From assembly GCA_029239235.1 (NCBI GenBank), contig JAQZBD010000010.1:3716-67715 (forward strand): a DNA stretch of 64,000 nucleotides, given 5' to 3'. Within the stretch, counting starts at the first letter, position 1. Each line of letters starts with the position of its first letter. The DNA is from Herbinix sp. Lineage in GTDB: Bacteria; Bacillota; Clostridia; Lachnospirales; Lachnospiraceae. The translations under genes and the position numbers were made by a program. The notes beneath the pieces are model-generated. The model ran no database searches. It saw only the letters and a program-made list of their open reading frames with translations, and had not been told where the DNA came from. Below are positions 55,811 through 64,000 of this stretch, piece by piece.

Positions 55811-57097
55811 TTATTTCTCTACTGCCTGTGCAACTACAAAGTCAACTGCCTTTTGAACAGCAACATCTTTCTTAATCTGCTCTTTCTCTTTCTCGCCAAT
55901 TAACTCTTTTAACTTATCTGCTTCCATCTGATACATAGCTGCCATATCAGTAAGCTCTTTCTCTAACTCTTCTTCTGTAACTTCGATATTTTCAGCATTA
56001 ACGATAGCTTCTAACACTAATCTGCTCTGGATTCTCTTAACTGCCTGAGGCTGTAAGCTTTCCATGAACTTCTTAGCATCCATACCGGTAAACTGGAAGT
56101 ACTGCTCAAGAGAAAGTCCCTGGTACTGAATTCTCTGTGCAAAATCTTCTGCCATCTGATTTACCTGGGATGCAACCATCGGCTCAGGAATATCCATTGT
56201 TGCACCTTCGATAATCTTGTCTATAATTTCATTCTCTTTTGCGGTCTTTAATTCTTTTTCTTTGCTTTCCTTAATTGTTGTCTCAATACTTGCTTTATAT
56301 TCAACTAAAGTATCAAATTCAGATACATCCTGTGCAAAATCATCGTCTAACTCAGGAAGCTCTTTTACTTTGATTTCATTGATTTTTACTCTGAACAGTG
56401 CTGGCTTACCTGCAAGCTCCTCTGCCTGGTATGGCTCTGGGAAGGTAACGTTTACATCTACGAATTCACCAACATTTTTACCAATCAATTGATCTTCAAA
56501 GGTATCAATGAAGGAATGGGAACCAATAACGAGTGTATAGTTCTCACCCTTTCCGCCTTCAAATGCCTTGCCATCAACAAAGCCTTCAAAATCAATGATA
56601 GTAGTATCTCCATCTTGAACAGGTCTATCTTCTACAGTAATTGTTCTAGAGTTCTGTTCACGCTCTTTGTCAATCTTAGCTAAGATTTCTTCCTCTGTTA
56701 CTTCTGCTTCCTTCTTCTCTACCTCAATACCCTTGTACTGGCCTAAGGTTACTTCCGGTTTCAGTGCAACTTCTGCTGTGAAGATGAACGCTTTACCCTT
56801 TTCAACCTGAACGATATCGATTTCTGGTCTGGATACGATTTCTAAACCGCTCTCAAGAGCTGCTTTCTCATATGCACCGGGAATTAATTCATTTGCTGCA
56901 TCCTCATAGAAGATGCTGGTGCCATACATTTTTTCAATGATCGCACGAGGAGCCTTTCCTTTACGGAAGCCCTGTACATTAATCTTATCTTTGTTCTTCT
57001 GGTATGCTTTTTGAATCGCACCCTCGAATTCTTCAGCGGAAGCCTCTATTGTAAGCTTTGCCATGTTTTTCTCTAACTTTTCAACCTGTAAACTCAT
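55811..57097 (-). CDS. tig: trigger factor
   Basis: N-terminal ribosome-binding motif GFRKGKAPR, a central FKBP-type PPIase domain, and position upstream of clpP-clpX. Confidence 0.96.
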   Translation of the reverse strand: MSLQVEKLEKNMAKLTIEASAEEFEGAIQKAYQKNKDKINVQGFRKGKAPRAIIEKMYGTSIFYEDAANELIPGAYEKAALESGLEIVSRPEIDIVQVEKGKAFIFTAEVALKPEVTLGQYKGIEVEKKEAEVTEEEILAKIDKEREQNSRTITVEDRPVQDGDTTIIDFEGFVDGKAFEGGKGENYTLVIGSHSFIDTFEDQLIGKNVGEFVDVNVTFPEPYQAEELAGKPALFRVKINEIKVKELPELDDDFAQDVSEFDTLVEYKASIETTIKESKEKELKTAKENEIIDKIIEGATMDIPEPMVASQVNQMAEDFAQRIQYQGLSLEQYFQFTGMDAKKFMESLQPQAVKRIQSRLVLEAIVNAENIEVTEEELEKELTDMAAMYQMEADKLKELIGEKEKEQIKKDVAVQKAVDFVVAQAVEK

Positions 57098-57120
57098 TTT
57101 GTAATTCCTCCTAAGATTCT

Positions 57121-57372
57121 TTGGGAGAATTTATTATCTCTCCAATGTGATGGGGAGATTTCTCCCTGGTAATTTTGGGAGGATTCTTCCTCCCGGTATT
57201 TAAGGGAAAATCTATGATCTCTCCCTTTTCATTCATAACAAGTGAATCAGCTTTCCGGTTCATCTTGCTTGGGAAAGACTCCTCCTTCCCGGTGCTTTCA
57301 GGAGGATTTAGCCCATCCTGAATTTGGAGAGTTTCCTCTCCAATATTATATAATCGGGAGTAATACTCCCTT
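57121..57372. repeat. Array of about eight short GGGAG...CTCCC-type inverted repeats in the tig leader/intergenic region
   Basis: The clearest hairpins are ggaga-N10-tctcc (57124-57143), gggag-attt-ctccc (57153-57166), gggagga-ttct-tcctccc (57177-57194), tggagag-tttc-ctctcca (57325-57342) and gggag-taata-ctccc (57356-57370). Weaker ones start near 57204, 57271 and 57297. Confidence 0.8.
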
Positions 57373-57494
57373 TTATTATGTACAAGTACATTATGTCCAT
57401 TTTAGCAGACATTTCGACAGTAGTATATTATAACATAATTATTCTATAAATGCCAGAATTAATTTTTTGTAACTGCAATGCTGTCCGCTGCTTC

Positions 57495-57526
57495 GGCAAA
57501 CAAAATGAATCAGCAAGCTGATTCAT
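57495..57526 (-). terminator. Rho-independent terminator of glmM
   Basis: atgaatcag-caag-ctgattcat. On the minus strand it is followed by tttgtttg. An extra 13-bp hairpin, ataggattggaac/gttccgatcctat (57537-57570), lies between it and the glmM stop. Confidence 0.75.
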
Positions 57527-57580
57527 CTTGCGCGTTATAGGATTGGAACCAGAATCTGTTCCGATCCTATCGCTGTTATT

Positions 57581-58924
57581 TTATAGCACATGACCCTTTT
57601 CTTTTAATACCTTTACTACACGGTCAACCATAATTTTGCACGTTTCTCCTGTTTCTGCCTCAACCATTACTCTGACTACAGGTTCTGTACCGCTCTCACG
57701 CACTAGAATCCTTCCCTCACTACCCAGCTCTTTTTCTACCTGCCCGACCGCCTCGATCACTGCTTCGTCTTCTCTGGCTTCTTTTTTGTTCTTCACCTTT
57801 ACATTCACAAGAAGCTGCGGGAAGATTGTAATCTCTTTCAGAAGCTCAGACAAAGGAGCTTTGCTTTCTAGCATTACCTCCATTAATTTTAAGGAAGTAA
57901 GAACGCCGTCACCGGTCATCGCATGCTTACTAAAGATAATATGACCGGATTGTTCACCGCCCAAGGCATGCCCATTCGTCATCATATTCTCGAACACATA
58001 TTTATCACCAACTGCAGTTTTTTCATATCGAATACCCTGGCGTTCAAGGGCTTTATATAGTCCCAGATTAGACATTACTGTAGTTACAATCGTATCATTA
58101 GCAAGCTCATTGCGACGTTTCATATAAACACCGCAAAGATATAGGATTAAATCTCCATCTATAATATTGCCCTTTTCATCGACTGCTAAACATCGATCTG
58201 CATCTCCATCATAAGCAAATCCGACATTTAGATTATTTTCAATTACATATTTTTGCAAATATTCAATATGGGTGGAACCACAATCTTTATTAATGTTGGT
58301 GCCATCAGGCTCACTATTGATTACAAAAGTCTTTGCTCCTAAAGCATCAAATACTCCCTTCGCAACGGTTGTCGCTGAGCCATTTGACAGATCAAGACCC
58401 ACCCTCATATCTTTAAATGACCTGGTCGCCAAGGAGATCAAGTATCCGACATAGCGATTTCTTCCAATATAATAATCCACGGTTCTTCCGATATTTTCTT
58501 TCGTAGCTAACGGCAGAGTATCCTTCTCGCTGTCTATGTATTCCTCAATTAAGGCTTCCACATCAGCTTCCAGCTTATACCCGCCGCCGTTAATTACTTT
58601 AATTCCATTATCATAATAAGGATTGTGACTTGCTGATATCATAATACCGCAGTCAAAACCTTCGCTTCGTACTACATAAGAGACACTGGGAGTAGTCGTA
58701 ACATGAAGCAGATATGCATCTGCTCCACTGGCAGTTAAGCCTGCAACCAATGCATATTCAAACATATAGCTTGATCTTCTGGTATCTTTTCCTATCACAA
58801 TATTTGCCTTATGATTCTTACCATAGTAATATCCTAAAAATCTTCCTACCTTATAAGCGTGCTCTACTGTTAGATTCACGTTTGCCTCTCCGCGGAAGCC
58901 ATCTGTCCCAAAATATTTGCCCAT
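57581..58924 (-). CDS. glmM: phosphoglucosamine mutase
   Basis: MGKYFGTDGFRG N-terminus, phosphoserine loop ISASHNP, metal loop DGDADR and GEQSGH sugar-binding motif. Confidence 0.96.
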   Translation of the reverse strand: MGKYFGTDGFRGEANVNLTVEHAYKVGRFLGYYYGKNHKANIVIGKDTRRSSYMFEYALVAGLTASGADAYLLHVTTTPSVSYVVRSEGFDCGIMISASHNPYYDNGIKVINGGGYKLEADVEALIEEYIDSEKDTLPLATKENIGRTVDYYIGRNRYVGYLISLATRSFKDMRVGLDLSNGSATTVAKGVFDALGAKTFVINSEPDGTNINKDCGSTHIEYLQKYVIENNLNVGFAYDGDADRCLAVDEKGNIIDGDLILYLCGVYMKRRNELANDTIVTTVMSNLGLYKALERQGIRYEKTAVGDKYVFENMMTNGHALGGEQSGHIIFSKHAMTGDGVLTSLKLMEVMLESKAPLSELLKEITIFPQLLVNVKVKNKKEAREDEAVIEAVGQVEKELGSEGRILVRESGTEPVVRVMVEAETGETCKIMVDRVVKVLKEKGHVL

Positions 58925-59154
58925 ACTCTATATCCTTTCCTTAAATTATGCTCACTCTATAAAAGTATATGCCTAATAATAACCTACTCATGTTTTTCAC
59001 AATTGTATTTCAATTTATTGTATTCCAAAATATTCATACCTGTTAATTCATGACTATTTTAACATAGAAAAACGATTTATGGAAATAAAATTTTGAAATA
59101 TGTATCGTTCTTATAAAACACTTATACCTGACCATCCTTTATTCCTTTGTTTTT

Positions 59155-59190
59155 TCACAAAATAACAGGAGGCTTATCCAGCCTCCTGTT
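59155..59190 (-). terminator. Rho-independent terminator of the SASP gene
   Basis: aacaggaggc-ttatcca-gcctcctgtt. On the minus strand it is followed by attttgtgaaaaaa. Confidence 0.75.
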
Positions 59191-59203
59191 ACCCTATTAC
59201 TTA

Positions 59204-59428
59204 TTACTGATTGGAACCACCTGACATCTGTTGTTCCTGTTGTCTTATCATACGTTTTACCATTTCACCACCAACAGAACCGTTCTGTTTGCTTGTTAAG
59301 TCACCGTTATAACCCTGTTTTAAAGGAACACCGATTTCGTTAGCAATCTCCATTTTGAAACGGTTAAGAGCTTCTTTTGCCTGAGGCACTTCTACTCTGT
59401 TAGATCCGCTATTATTATTACTTGCCAT
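59204..59428 (-). CDS. alpha/beta-type small acid-soluble spore protein
   Basis: A 74-aa ORF. ALNRFKMEIANEIGV and GDLTSKQNGSVGGEMVKRMI are the two conserved SASP blocks. Confidence 0.93.
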   Translation of the reverse strand: MASNNNSGSNRVEVPQAKEALNRFKMEIANEIGVPLKQGYNGDLTSKQNGSVGGEMVKRMIRQQEQQMSGGSNQ

Positions 59429-59857
59429 ACTGTTTTCACCTCCATTTTATTGGCATCAAAGCAACCAAGTTACAAAATCAGCTGATTGTAGGTTCAGCGG
59501 TTACTTATCTAAGTATTAGTCACCGCGCATGACTTTGTTTTGTATTGCCTGTAATCATATTGTGTACAGAATTTCAAATATTATGATTGGTAATTAATAG
59601 CACTTATTGATTATTTTTTAGCATTATTTCAATAGCTTATTTTTTAATTCTTATGTTAAGATAGGGAATGCAACCATATTCATATATAGTAATACTGCAA
59701 TTGTTTTTACTTATACAGAACAATTTGATCTAGCCCATATACTTTAAGAACTTTACTTGTTACAGGGTTTGCGTTATACTGAAAACAATAGGAAAGGAAC
59801 AACATCATGTTCCTTTCTAACTTTTATTGCAGTGATGGAAAGCGAGGAATTTATAAA

Positions 59858-60892
59858 ATGAAAATAGTAGTATTGGCCGGAGGAACCAGCACAGAAAGAG
59901 ATGTATCCTTATCTACGGGATCAATGATTTACAAAGCGTTAAAAAGCAGAGGACATCAGGCGATTCTCTTGGATGTTTACTTAGGATATGATGGTGATAC
60001 TACCAATGTATTTGATATAGTGAACGATTGGACAGCAAATTTAGGTTCCGTTCGGGAAGATAACCCGGATCTGGAGCAGATTAAAGCCTTAAGAAAAGAT
60101 TCCACCAAAAGCTTTTTTGGCAAAGGTGTTCTGGATATCTGCAGTGCTGCCGATATCGTGTTTATAGCCCTCCATGGTGAAAACGGTGAAGACGGCAAGG
60201 TTCAAGCTGCTTTTGACTTAATGGGAATTAAATATACCGGAACTGATTATGTCAGCAGTGCCATAGCAATGGATAAAGCAATTACAAAGGAGCTTTTTTC
60301 CTTCTATAAAATTCCTACTCCAGAGGGTATTCATGCTAAAAAGGGAGAGACTTTTGAATGGAATCATTACCCTTGTGTTGTTAAGGTTAGCTGCGGTGGC
60401 TCAAGTGTTGGGGTAACCATTGCAAATTCTCCAGGAGAAATGGATGCCAGCCTTAAGGATGCCTTTATCTATGGAAATGAGGTTGTAATTGAACAATACA
60501 TCAGCGGCAGAGAGTTTTCTGTTGGCGTACTGGGTGGTAAGGCTCTTCCTGTCATTGAAATTGCTCCACTCGTTAGCTTTTACGATTATAAGAATAAATA
60601 TCAGCCCGGCAGTACTGTTGAAACCTGTCCGGCCATCTTAGAGGAATCCATTGCACAACAGATGCAAAAAATTGCAGAAGACGTATTCACAGCACTTCGA
60701 ATCAAGACCTATGCCCGTATGGATTTCTTACTCAATGATAGAAATGAGCTTTTCTGTCTTGAAGCAAATACTCTTCCGGGTATGACTCCAACCTCCCTGC
60801 TGCCGCAGGAAGCGAAAGCCGCTGGTATGGATTTTGAAAGCTTATGTGAAAAAATCATAGAACTCTCATTAAAAAAATATGATATTGCATAG
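59858..60892 (+). CDS. ddl: D-alanine--D-alanine ligase
   Basis: MKIVVLAGGTSTERDVSLSTG N-terminus, IALHGENGEDG, ATP-grasp core and the C-terminal EANTLPGMT motif. Confidence 0.93.
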   Translation: MKIVVLAGGTSTERDVSLSTGSMIYKALKSRGHQAILLDVYLGYDGDTTNVFDIVNDWTANLGSVREDNPDLEQIKALRKDSTKSFFGKGVLDICSAADIVFIALHGENGEDGKVQAAFDLMGIKYTGTDYVSSAIAMDKAITKELFSFYKIPTPEGIHAKKGETFEWNHYPCVVKVSCGGSSVGVTIANSPGEMDASLKDAFIYGNEVVIEQYISGREFSVGVLGGKALPVIEIAPLVSFYDYKNKYQPGSTVETCPAILEESIAQQMQKIAEDVFTALRIKTYARMDFLLNDRNELFCLEANTLPGMTPTSLLPQEAKAAGMDFESLCEKIIELSLKKYDIA

Positions 60893-60911
60893 GAAACAGA
60901 CGGAGGCCGGA

Positions 60912-62288
60912 ATGAAAAACATGACTTTGACCCAAATAGCAAATGCTTGTGAGGGCACCTTATATTTAGGAGAGCATCTCTCAGAAAAAGAAATAACCGG
61001 AGCTGTAATTGATTCCAGACTGATCAAGGAGGGATATTTATTTATCGCTGCAGCCGGTGAACGTGTGGATGGCCACGACTTCATCTCCAGTGCCTTTGAA
61101 AAAGGAGCTTTGGCTGTTGTCTGTGAACAGTCTCCCAAAGCTCCTGCAGGTCCCTACATTCTCGTAGATAATAGCTTTACAGCTCTAAAGGAAATCGCAA
61201 AATGGTACCGTATGCAGCTGGATATCAAGGTTGTCGGTATAACCGGCAGTGTGGGAAAAACCAGTACGAAGGAGTTTATCAGCAGTGTCCTGGAGCAAAA
61301 ATATCAGGTATTAAAAACTGTAGGCAATTTTAATAATGAAATTGGTCTCCCCTTAACTATACTAGGTATTAAGGACGAACATCAGATTGCCGTCCTTGAG
61401 ATGGGAATCAGTGATTTTGGGGAGATGCATCGACTTAGTGAAATAGCAAAACCCGATATATGTGTCATTACTAATATCGGTCAGTGCCATCTTGAAAACT
61501 TGGGCTCAAGAGATGGTATCCTAAAAGCAAAGACAGAAATATTTGATTTCATGAGCGAGAGTGGCAGTGTCTGTGTCAATGGCGATGATGATAAGCTAAT
61601 TACGATCAATGACGTAAAGGGTCGTAAACCGCTGCGCTTTGGCTTGGGCTTAGAAAATGATATTTATGCCTCCAATATCGTTACCCACGGATTATTTGGC
61701 AGTACCTGCAAAATACATGTGAACCAAAAAGAATTTGAGACACAGGTTCCTCAGCCAGGGGAGCACATGGTGCTTAACGCTCTTGCAGCTACCGCAGTTG
61801 GTACGCTTCTTGACTTGAACTACACCGAGATCGCTGCTGGAATTTCCTCCGTGAAGGCCTTGGGAGGAAGAAGCAATGTGCTTCGAAATGAAAATTACAC
61901 TATTATCGATGATTGCTATAATGCGAATCCAGTTTCCATGAGAGCTGCCATAGATTTGCTGCTTAAAGCAGATACTAGGAAAGTAGCAATTCTGGGTGAT
62001 ATGTTCGAATTAGGAACTAACGAGAAGGAGCTTCACAAGGGTATCGGTGCCTACGCGACAGACTGTAATATTGATGTCCTGCTCTGTGTAGGTGGTCTCT
62101 CTTCCAATATGTATGAGGGTGCATTATCTGTAAAGCAGGATAGTTCCTCTTCCTTGGAACTAAAACATTTTGAGACAAGGGAAGAATTAATTGAGGCTTT
62201 ACCGCAAATTCTTAAAAAAGATGATACGATATTAGTAAAAGCATCCCATGGCATGGGATTTGAACATGTGGTAAAGGCTTTAATTTAA
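60912..62288 (+). CDS. murF: UDP-N-acetylmuramoyl-tripeptide--D-alanyl-D-alanine ligase
   Basis: GITGSVGKTSTKE P-loop, DDCYNANP, and ddl-murF adjacency. A GGAGG SD precedes the ATG at 60912. Confidence 0.93.
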   Translation: MKNMTLTQIANACEGTLYLGEHLSEKEITGAVIDSRLIKEGYLFIAAAGERVDGHDFISSAFEKGALAVVCEQSPKAPAGPYILVDNSFTALKEIAKWYRMQLDIKVVGITGSVGKTSTKEFISSVLEQKYQVLKTVGNFNNEIGLPLTILGIKDEHQIAVLEMGISDFGEMHRLSEIAKPDICVITNIGQCHLENLGSRDGILKAKTEIFDFMSESGSVCVNGDDDKLITINDVKGRKPLRFGLGLENDIYASNIVTHGLFGSTCKIHVNQKEFETQVPQPGEHMVLNALAATAVGTLLDLNYTEIAAGISSVKALGGRSNVLRNENYTIIDDCYNANPVSMRAAIDLLLKADTRKVAILGDMFELGTNEKELHKGIGAYATDCNIDVLLCVGGLSSNMYEGALSVKQDSSSSLELKHFETREELIEALPQILKKDDTILVKASHGMGFEHVVKALI

Positions 62289-62337
62289 AAATTTTAAACC
62301 AAACATAATTAGAAATCTCAAAAATCTCAGCAAATCT

Positions 62338-62391
62338 CAAAGGGAGACTGCAAAACAATACAAATTCGGATTGTTTTGCAGCCTCCCTTTG
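62338..62391 (+). terminator. Long-stem terminator after murF
   Basis: caaagggag-a-ctgcaaaacaat ... attgttttgcag-c-ctccctttg, about 21 bp of pairing. Confidence 0.7.
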
Positions 62392-62465
62392 CTGTTCTAA
62401 TTCCTGCATACATTTAAAAGCTAGTCATATAATTGTAAAAACTGCTATTTGGAGCAAGTACCTCT

Positions 62466-63782
62466 ATGATGGAGACCATTAAGCTAGTCAACAACTTTCT
62501 TTGGGGCATCCCATTGCCCATCCTTCTGTTTGGAACTCATATTTATTTTACAATACATCTTAAGGGTGTTCAAAAACATATCCCAAAAGCCATTAAATTA
62601 TCCGTAACACCGGATAAAAATGCGGAAGGCGATCTTAGCGGTTTTGCTTCCATGACTGCACTTCTTGCTGCAACAATAGGTACGGGTAATATCGTTGGTA
62701 TCTCCACAGCCGTTGCCTTAGGCGGACCAGGTGCTATTTTTTGGTGCTGGCTCACGGGAATCTTGGGAATGGCAACCACCTATGCCGAATGTTACCTTGG
62801 TGTACTCTATCGTCGAAAAACTTCCGACGGTACCTTTCTCGGAGGACCAATGTATGCTCTTGAGTACGGATTGAATAAGAAATGGCTTGCCGTTATCTTT
62901 TGTATCTTAACTCTCATTGCCTCTTACGGCGTAGGCTGCTCCACCCAGGCACGTGCGGTTACGGAAACCGCTGAAACCTTATGGAACCTCCCCAAATATG
63001 CGAGCGGCATGATCATTGCTGTTCTGGTAGGCTTGGTCATCATCGGCGGCGTTAAATCCATCGGAAAGATATGTAGTAAATTAGTGCCTGCTATGGGTAT
63101 TTTCTATATTATCGCATGTATGATTATACTTGCTGTAAATTTAAAATATATCCTTCCCGCTATTAGTTTGATCTTCCAGTCTGCCTTTCTTCCAACAGAG
63201 CTCCCTGCTGCCGTAGCCGGAGGCTTTATCGGCAGTACAATCCGTTCTGCTGCCCGCTATGGAATAGCCCGCGGTTTATTTACAAATGAAGCAGGTATCG
63301 GCACCGCTGCCATCTCCTCTGCCGGCGCTCAGACTTCTCATCCCTCCAGGCAGGCTCTCATATCCATGAGCGCAACCTTCTGGGATACGGTAGTAATCTG
63401 CGCCGTAACAGGCCTTGTAATAGTTACGAACATTCTTAAAAACCCTGCCTCCATAAAAGGTTATTCTTTTTCTGAGTTTACAACTGCTGCCTTTTCCACT
63501 ATTCCAATGGGAAATATCCTGTTAGGTTTATCCTTGATTGCCTTTGCCACCGCTACCTTAATTGGCTGGTCTTATTTCGGAGAAAAAGCGGTAGAATACC
63601 TATTCGGAAAAAGTGGAATAAGTACCTACCGCATTTGCTATATCGTTATGATATTTGTAGGTTCCATTATGTCAATGGAACTTGTATGGGAGATGACGGA
63701 TTTAGTAAATGCTTTTATGGCAATTCCAAATCTTCTATGCTTATTTCTTTTGAGAAAACAAATTAGGCCGTACCAAAAATAA
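62466..63782 (+). CDS. alanine/glycine:cation symporter (AGCS) family transporter
   Basis: A polytopic 438-aa ORF. SGFASMTALLAATIGTGNIVGISTAVALGGPGAIFWCW and GLFTNEAGIGTAAI are AGCS signatures. Confidence 0.9.
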   Translation: MMETIKLVNNFLWGIPLPILLFGTHIYFTIHLKGVQKHIPKAIKLSVTPDKNAEGDLSGFASMTALLAATIGTGNIVGISTAVALGGPGAIFWCWLTGILGMATTYAECYLGVLYRRKTSDGTFLGGPMYALEYGLNKKWLAVIFCILTLIASYGVGCSTQARAVTETAETLWNLPKYASGMIIAVLVGLVIIGGVKSIGKICSKLVPAMGIFYIIACMIILAVNLKYILPAISLIFQSAFLPTELPAAVAGGFIGSTIRSAARYGIARGLFTNEAGIGTAAISSAGAQTSHPSRQALISMSATFWDTVVICAVTGLVIVTNILKNPASIKGYSFSEFTTAAFSTIPMGNILLGLSLIAFATATLIGWSYFGEKAVEYLFGKSGISTYRICYIVMIFVGSIMSMELVWEMTDLVNAFMAIPNLLCLFLLRKQIRPYQK

Positions 63783-63905
63783 AAGTTTTCCACACAACCG
63801 CTGCATTTTACAAAAGAATTCCACATAATCGTCCTTCGTTGTTTACTAACAATCCTTCGGTCGTAAAGCCGTCGGGTATCAGATATGGGTTATGCTCAAA
63901 TTCAT

Positions 63906-64000
63906 ATTATTTATGATGCTCGAATTGAATTGCCTTTGCAATTTTAGTAGCCTCTGCTTCTCCGGCCAGGCACTCAATAATTGCTAAAGAAAATTCAATT
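63906..64000 (-). CDS. C-terminal fragment of an unidentified protein; the gene continues beyond the right edge
   Basis: Hand translation of the minus strand gives ...IEFSLAIIECLAGEAEATKIAKAIQFEHHK*, with the stop at 63908-63906. It is too short to assign. Confidence 0.4.

Noticed and set aside
57242-57433. A 63-aa plus-strand ORF inside the tig upstream hairpin array
   Set aside because: It has no SD, is made of low-complexity sequence generated by the palindromic repeats, and runs antisense to the local transcription direction. It is most likely spurious.
62311-62342. Triple direct repeat aaatctca(a/g) just before the murF terminator
   Set aside because: It is very short (8 nt x3) and lies in an AT-rich spacer. 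It is not distinguishable from chance, and no function can be argued.

Overview
The window looks like a low-GC Firmicutes chromosome segment from a Clostridia or Lachnospiraceae-like spore former; the taxon is inferred from gene content and sequence style. It is densely coding, mostly on the minus strand, and largely housekeeping. Recognisable genes are sbcCD, the infC-rpmI-rplT operon, asd, dusB, coaX, argF, the DUF1385-prmC-prfA cluster, rpmE, rho, engB, tig-clpP-clpX, glmM, ddl-murF, an alpha/beta-type SASP and one tRNA-Gln. The left end holds a small rhamnoside-utilisation locus: a GH78 rhamnosidase, a second GH-like gene and an AraC regulator. I saw no rRNA, CRISPR array, transposase or integrase.

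The most interesting element is an AT-rich two-gene cassette at 15012-17163. It pairs an ABC-type (AAA_15/AAA_21-like) ATPase with a translationally coupled TOPRIM-like (RloB/DUF4276-like) protein. It sits between unrelated genes, next to a stand-alone tRNA-Gln, and has the architecture of PARIS/AbiL/OLD-type anti-phage systems.

Other points worth a second look:
- Three tandem 56-bp copies of the prfA 3' end, which form stable hairpins right after the RF1 stop codon.
- About eight GGGAG...CTCCC mini-hairpins in the tig leader.
- An sbcD whose only Shine-Dalgarno-supported start is ATA.
- A MarR-type regulator with a Cys4 N-terminus and His-rich tracts encoded partly by a 9-bp microsatellite.
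- Tandem paralogous intracellular S8 (Csp-like) proteases.
- A CPBP-protease plus small-membrane-protein operon.
- An unclassified structured leader upstream of an ECF S-component.
- Repeat-bearing extensions in Rho and in the DUF1385 protein.

All family assignments come from reading motifs by eye. No database search was run.
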